This document shows positions 61,446-64,000 of a stretch of 64,000 nt of DNA, piece by piece. The DNA is taken from positions 293,342-357,341 of the forward strand of contig JAHBVC010000002.1 of the NCBI GenBank assembly GCA_019637755.1, given 5' to 3'. This DNA is from Anaerolineales bacterium (GTDB lineage: Bacteria; Chloroflexota; Anaerolineae; Anaerolineales; UBA11579). The notes beneath the pieces are model-generated. The model was not told where the DNA came from. It was given only the letters and a program-made list of their open reading frames with translations, and ran no database searches. Each line of letters starts with the position of its first letter. The stretch's first letter is position 1. Both the position numbers and the translations under genes were made by a program.

Positions 61446-63142
61446 AGCTCTCCGCGGCGCAGGCGCTCAGCGGCCTGCTCACTCAGCGGCACCCACACAC
61501 GCAGCTGCATGCCCCCTTCGGCTTGCTTATCCATGCGCAGCACGCCGTTGAGCAGGTTGGTGCGCTCGTGCAGAATATCCAGCTCACCGTCGGCGTTGCC
61601 TTCCGGCGCGGGGCCATCAGTCTGCACGGTGAGCAAGGTAATGCTGCCATCCAGGGGCGCCAACTGCACGCGGGCATGGCGTGCCTGGCCCTGGCGCTGA
61701 GCATAGGTCAGCGCCTGGTCCACGATCGAGAACAACAGGGTCTGCTTGCCTTGATCCATGCGCGTCTCGGCCGCCGGGTCTGCCTGTACGTCTACAGCCA
61801 GGCCGTAGCTTTCCTGCACATGCTTAGCCAGGTCTTGCAGGGCGGCGCCCAGGCCGCCGGTTTCCAGCACCTGCGGGCGCAGCGTAAAGAGCATATGGCG
61901 CATCTCTTTGGTGGTGCGCCGCGCCAGATCTTCGATCTTGAACAGCTCCTCGCCGGCAGCGGCCGGATCCTTGGCCAGCAGGCGGCGGGCCAGGTTAATG
62001 CGCATCGCCAGCGCGGCCACGTTCTGGGTGGGCCCATCGTGCAGGTTGCGCGCCAACTGCTGGCGAGCTTGCGTCTGCAAGTGGGCGATGCGCTCTTTTT
62101 CTTCGGTCAGTGCTTCGTAGAGCTGCGCGTTTTGTAGGGCGCTCATCAGTTGGCGGGCGATCAAGCCAGCCAGTTCACAACGTTCTGGGTCAAAGAAATC
62201 GGCATCCGGGTGCGCAAAGAACAGCACGCCGAACAGATCCAAGCCGGCCACCAACGGCAGGGCATACACACTCTGCGTATTGTGCAAACCGGCCAGCAGT
62301 TTCAATTCTTCATCGGCCAGCGGGTTGGGCACTTGGCGCGGTTCGCCATGTTGTAGCAGCTCAGCCAGCGCGCCGGCCTGCCCCGGCAGTACACGGCCAA
62401 TGTCCTGTGCCGCCAGGCCGCGCCCGGCGGCCAGGCGCAGGCCGCCTTCGTCAAACAGCAAGACGCCGCCCAGCGTGCGCGCCACATTCTCGTGGCTCTC
62501 CATCAAAGCTTTGCTGCCAGCATCTAGGGCAATTTCCAGCACCTGTTCATACACCAGGCTGGCATTCATTTGTTGGGTGATGTTAAACAGGGCTTCGTTG
62601 CGCTCGCGCTGGCGCTGGGTAGCTTCGAGACGCTTGTATTCGGCCATCTCGTGCTGCTCCTGCAGCGCAAAATCTGCCTGGCGGCCGAGGAAGCCTAAGA
62701 TGCTGCCCACGGCCAGAAAAGCCAGGGCGGGCAAAAGCATACGCAGGGGGATCTGCGCCACGGGCACATCGATGGCTGCCAGCGCCGCAAACGCCGCAGC
62801 GCTGCCCAAGCCGGCCGCCAACCCGCCGCCCAGGCCGAGCGACCAGGCCGCGCGCAGCACCGGCAGCACGCCGATCCACACCAACGGACCCAGCACGGTG
62901 CGGCTGAAGTAAAACAGCGCCAGGGCGATGGCGAAATCCACGATGAGTTCGATGGCGGTTTGCTGGCGCCAACGCTGGCCCTGCAGCCAACGCACACTGA
63001 GCCAGGCATTCCACAGCCCCGCCAGGGCCAGCAAGAGCGGAATGGTGAGCACGCCGGCGCCCGTCAGCGCCAGTTGCGCCGCGGCAGCCAACAGCACCAA
63101 CCAACGGCTCAGGATTGCATAGGCAGCGATGTCGGCGCGCAT
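61442..63142 (-). CDS. Sensor histidine kinase: multi-TM, GAF, HisKA_3, HATPase
   Basis: ATG 63142 (MRADIAAYAILSRW..). The H-box RNLHDGPTQNVAAL is of the NarX/LiaS (HisKA_3) type. No response regulator is encoded nearby. Confidence 0.8.
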   Translation of the reverse strand: MRADIAAYAILSRWLVLLAAAAQLALTGAGVLTIPLLLALAGLWNAWLSVRWLQGQRWRQQTAIELIVDFAIALALFYFSRTVLGPLVWIGVLPVLRAAWSLGLGGGLAAGLGSAAAFAALAAIDVPVAQIPLRMLLPALAFLAVGSILGFLGRQADFALQEQHEMAEYKRLEATQRQRERNEALFNITQQMNASLVYEQVLEIALDAGSKALMESHENVARTLGGVLLFDEGGLRLAAGRGLAAQDIGRVLPGQAGALAELLQHGEPRQVPNPLADEELKLLAGLHNTQSVYALPLVAGLDLFGVLFFAHPDADFFDPERCELAGLIARQLMSALQNAQLYEALTEEKERIAHLQTQARQQLARNLHDGPTQNVAALAMRINLARRLLAKDPAAAGEELFKIEDLARRTTKEMRHMLFTLRPQVLETGGLGAALQDLAKHVQESYGLAVDVQADPAAETRMDQGKQTLLFSIVDQALTYAQRQGQARHARVQLAPLDGSITLLTVQTDGPAPEGNADGELDILHERTNLLNGVLRMDKQAEGGMQLRVWVPLSEQAAERLRRGEL

Positions 63143-63183
63143 GGCGAGGATTATAGCTGGCCGCTGCGGCGCGTGCCGCGCGC

Positions 63184-63189
63184 TATAAT
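63184..63189 (+). promoter_or_regulatory. -10 box (TATAAT) 6 nt upstream of the ATG; probable leaderless transcript
   Basis: cgcTATAATgcgggcATG with no SD. Confidence 0.45.
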
Positions 63190-63195
63190 GCGGGC

Positions 63196-63759
63196 ATGCC
63201 ACGCCTGACCAAGATCTATACCAAGACGGGGGATGACGGCAGCACCGCGCTGGGCAGCAAACAGCGCGTTGCCAAAGATCACCCGCGCGTGCGCGCCTAC
63301 GGCGCAGTGGATGAGTTGAATTCGTTCATCGGCCTGGCGCTGGCCCAGGGGCTGTGCGCCAAACTGGCCGCAGTGCTGCCGGCGATCCAAAACCAGTTGT
63401 TCCACCTCGGCAGCGATCTCTCCTTCCCGCCCGAAGAAGCCGAAGAATTCAAGGTGCCGCGCATCGAGGCGCGCCATGTGGCCGCGCTCGAAGTACTGAT
63501 CGACGAAATGAACGCCGAGCTCGGCCCGTTGCAGAATTTCATTCTGCCCGGCGGCAGCCTGGGCGCAGCCACCTTGCAGGTGGCGCGCGCCGTATGCCGC
63601 CGCGCCGAGCGCCGCCTGGTAACCCTGGCGCGCCAAGATGCAGTGCGCCCTGAATCGGTAACCTATGTCAATCGCTTATCGGATGCGTTGTTTGTGATGG
63701 CGCGCTATGAAAATTTGCAGCGCCAGATCCAAGAACCGTTGTGGGATAGCCACGCCTAG
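63196..63759 (+). CDS. ATP:cob(I)alamin adenosyltransferase, PduO type
   Basis: [14 protein letters not shown].....V.KD..RV.AYG.VDELNS and FILPGGS match the PduO/MMAB family. Confidence 0.85.
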   Translation: MPRLTKIYTKTGDDGSTALGSKQRVAKDHPRVRAYGAVDELNSFIGLALAQGLCAKLAAVLPAIQNQLFHLGSDLSFPPEEAEEFKVPRIEARHVAALEVLIDEMNAELGPLQNFILPGGSLGAATLQVARAVCRRAERRLVTLARQDAVRPESVTYVNRLSDALFVMARYENLQRQIQEPLWDSHA

Positions 63760-63765
63760 CCCTCG

Positions 63766-64000
63766 CTAGGGCTGGTACACCCGCACGTAGTCGACTCCAT
63801 CCAGCACCAGGGTATACACCGGCTGCAAATCAGCCAGCGCATCCAGCAGATTCTGCGGGGTGTGGCGTTGCCATTGGTGAACGTAGATCACCAGGTAGTC
63901 GTGCGCCAGCGTGGCTTGCAATTCCGCCGAGCTGAGCTGCGCGGCGATGGGAATATCGTCCACCGCCAGCGGGCTTTGAAAACTGAAGGCGTTGCTGTAC
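63766..64000 (-). CDS. C-terminal end of a larger protein that runs off the right edge (function not assignable)
   Basis: The frame stays open to position 64000 (..YSNAFSFQSPLAVDDIPIAAQLSS..GVDYVRVYQP*). Only 77 codons are visible. Confidence 0.4.
   Translation of the reverse strand, partial: YSNAFSFQSPLAVDDIPIAAQLSSAELQATLAHDYLVIYVHQWQRHTPQNLLDALADLQPVYTLVLDGVDYVRVYQP

Noticed and set aside
1-64000. Idea that the whole window is a giant phage or plasmid carrying AMGs (S21, PolX, tRNA, terminase, portal and capsid all present)
   Set aside because: The window also carries complete multi-gene ABC transporters, mgtE, pckA, hemH, typA, a histidine kinase and c-di-GMP enzymes, with uniform composition and no replication or partition module. 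A chromosome with embedded phage-derived genes is far more parsimonious.

Overview
This window is a GC-rich bacterial chromosomal segment. The taxon cannot be proven from here. The CTTTGTGT-type and GGATGA-type intergenic repeats, the many lipoproteins and the leaderless-looking promoters would fit a Chloroflexota-like or similar lineage. All calls rest on my own reading and translation and on remembered family motifs; no searches were run.

Most of the window is ordinary housekeeping and metabolism: hemH, mgtE, pckA, a BMP-type ABC operon, rpsU, polX, potABCD, nirK, typA, GNATs, c-di-GMP enzymes, a histidine kinase and a PduO-type adenosyltransferase.

Two accessory signals stand out:

1. An AT-rich island at about 2.9-8.9 kb surrounds tRNA-Arg(UCG). 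It holds an Abi_2/AbiD-like gene and a 4.1-kb minimal integrative element carrying an Rx4H-motif cargo ORF, a Rep_trans initiator, Xis and a tyrosine integrase. The element is bounded by a 39-bp direct repeat that is, unusually, the 5' half of the tRNA. Each copy has its own ctgTATAAT box, and a second nested 27-bp repeat pair is present.

2. Tailed-phage morphogenesis genes with host-like composition and intact long ORFs are split into three loci. These are a scaffold/capsid/tail module at 27.3-34.7 kb, a portal-like ORF at 44.3-46.0 kb and a TerL-like ORF at 52.0-53.5 kb. They are separated by core genes (potABCD, nirK, typA). No integrase, replication, lysis-enzyme or small-terminase genes sit nearby. 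I rank this as the best candidate for an undescribed domesticated, GTA-like particle system.

Smaller observations:
- an in-frame TAG splitting an HD-GYP gene;
- a promoter plus double-terminator leader upstream of the BMP operon;
- several -10 boxes exactly 6 nt upstream of ATG codons (leaderless mRNAs);
- Lys/Ala-rich tails on five proteins;
- three families of intergenic repeats;
- several short ORFs with good SD sequences and terminators that the ORF track misses.

The ORF track uses ATG, GTG and TTG starts and reports the longest ORF. Many starts were re-placed by inspecting SD sequences. Many long ORFs antisense to real genes are GC artefacts.
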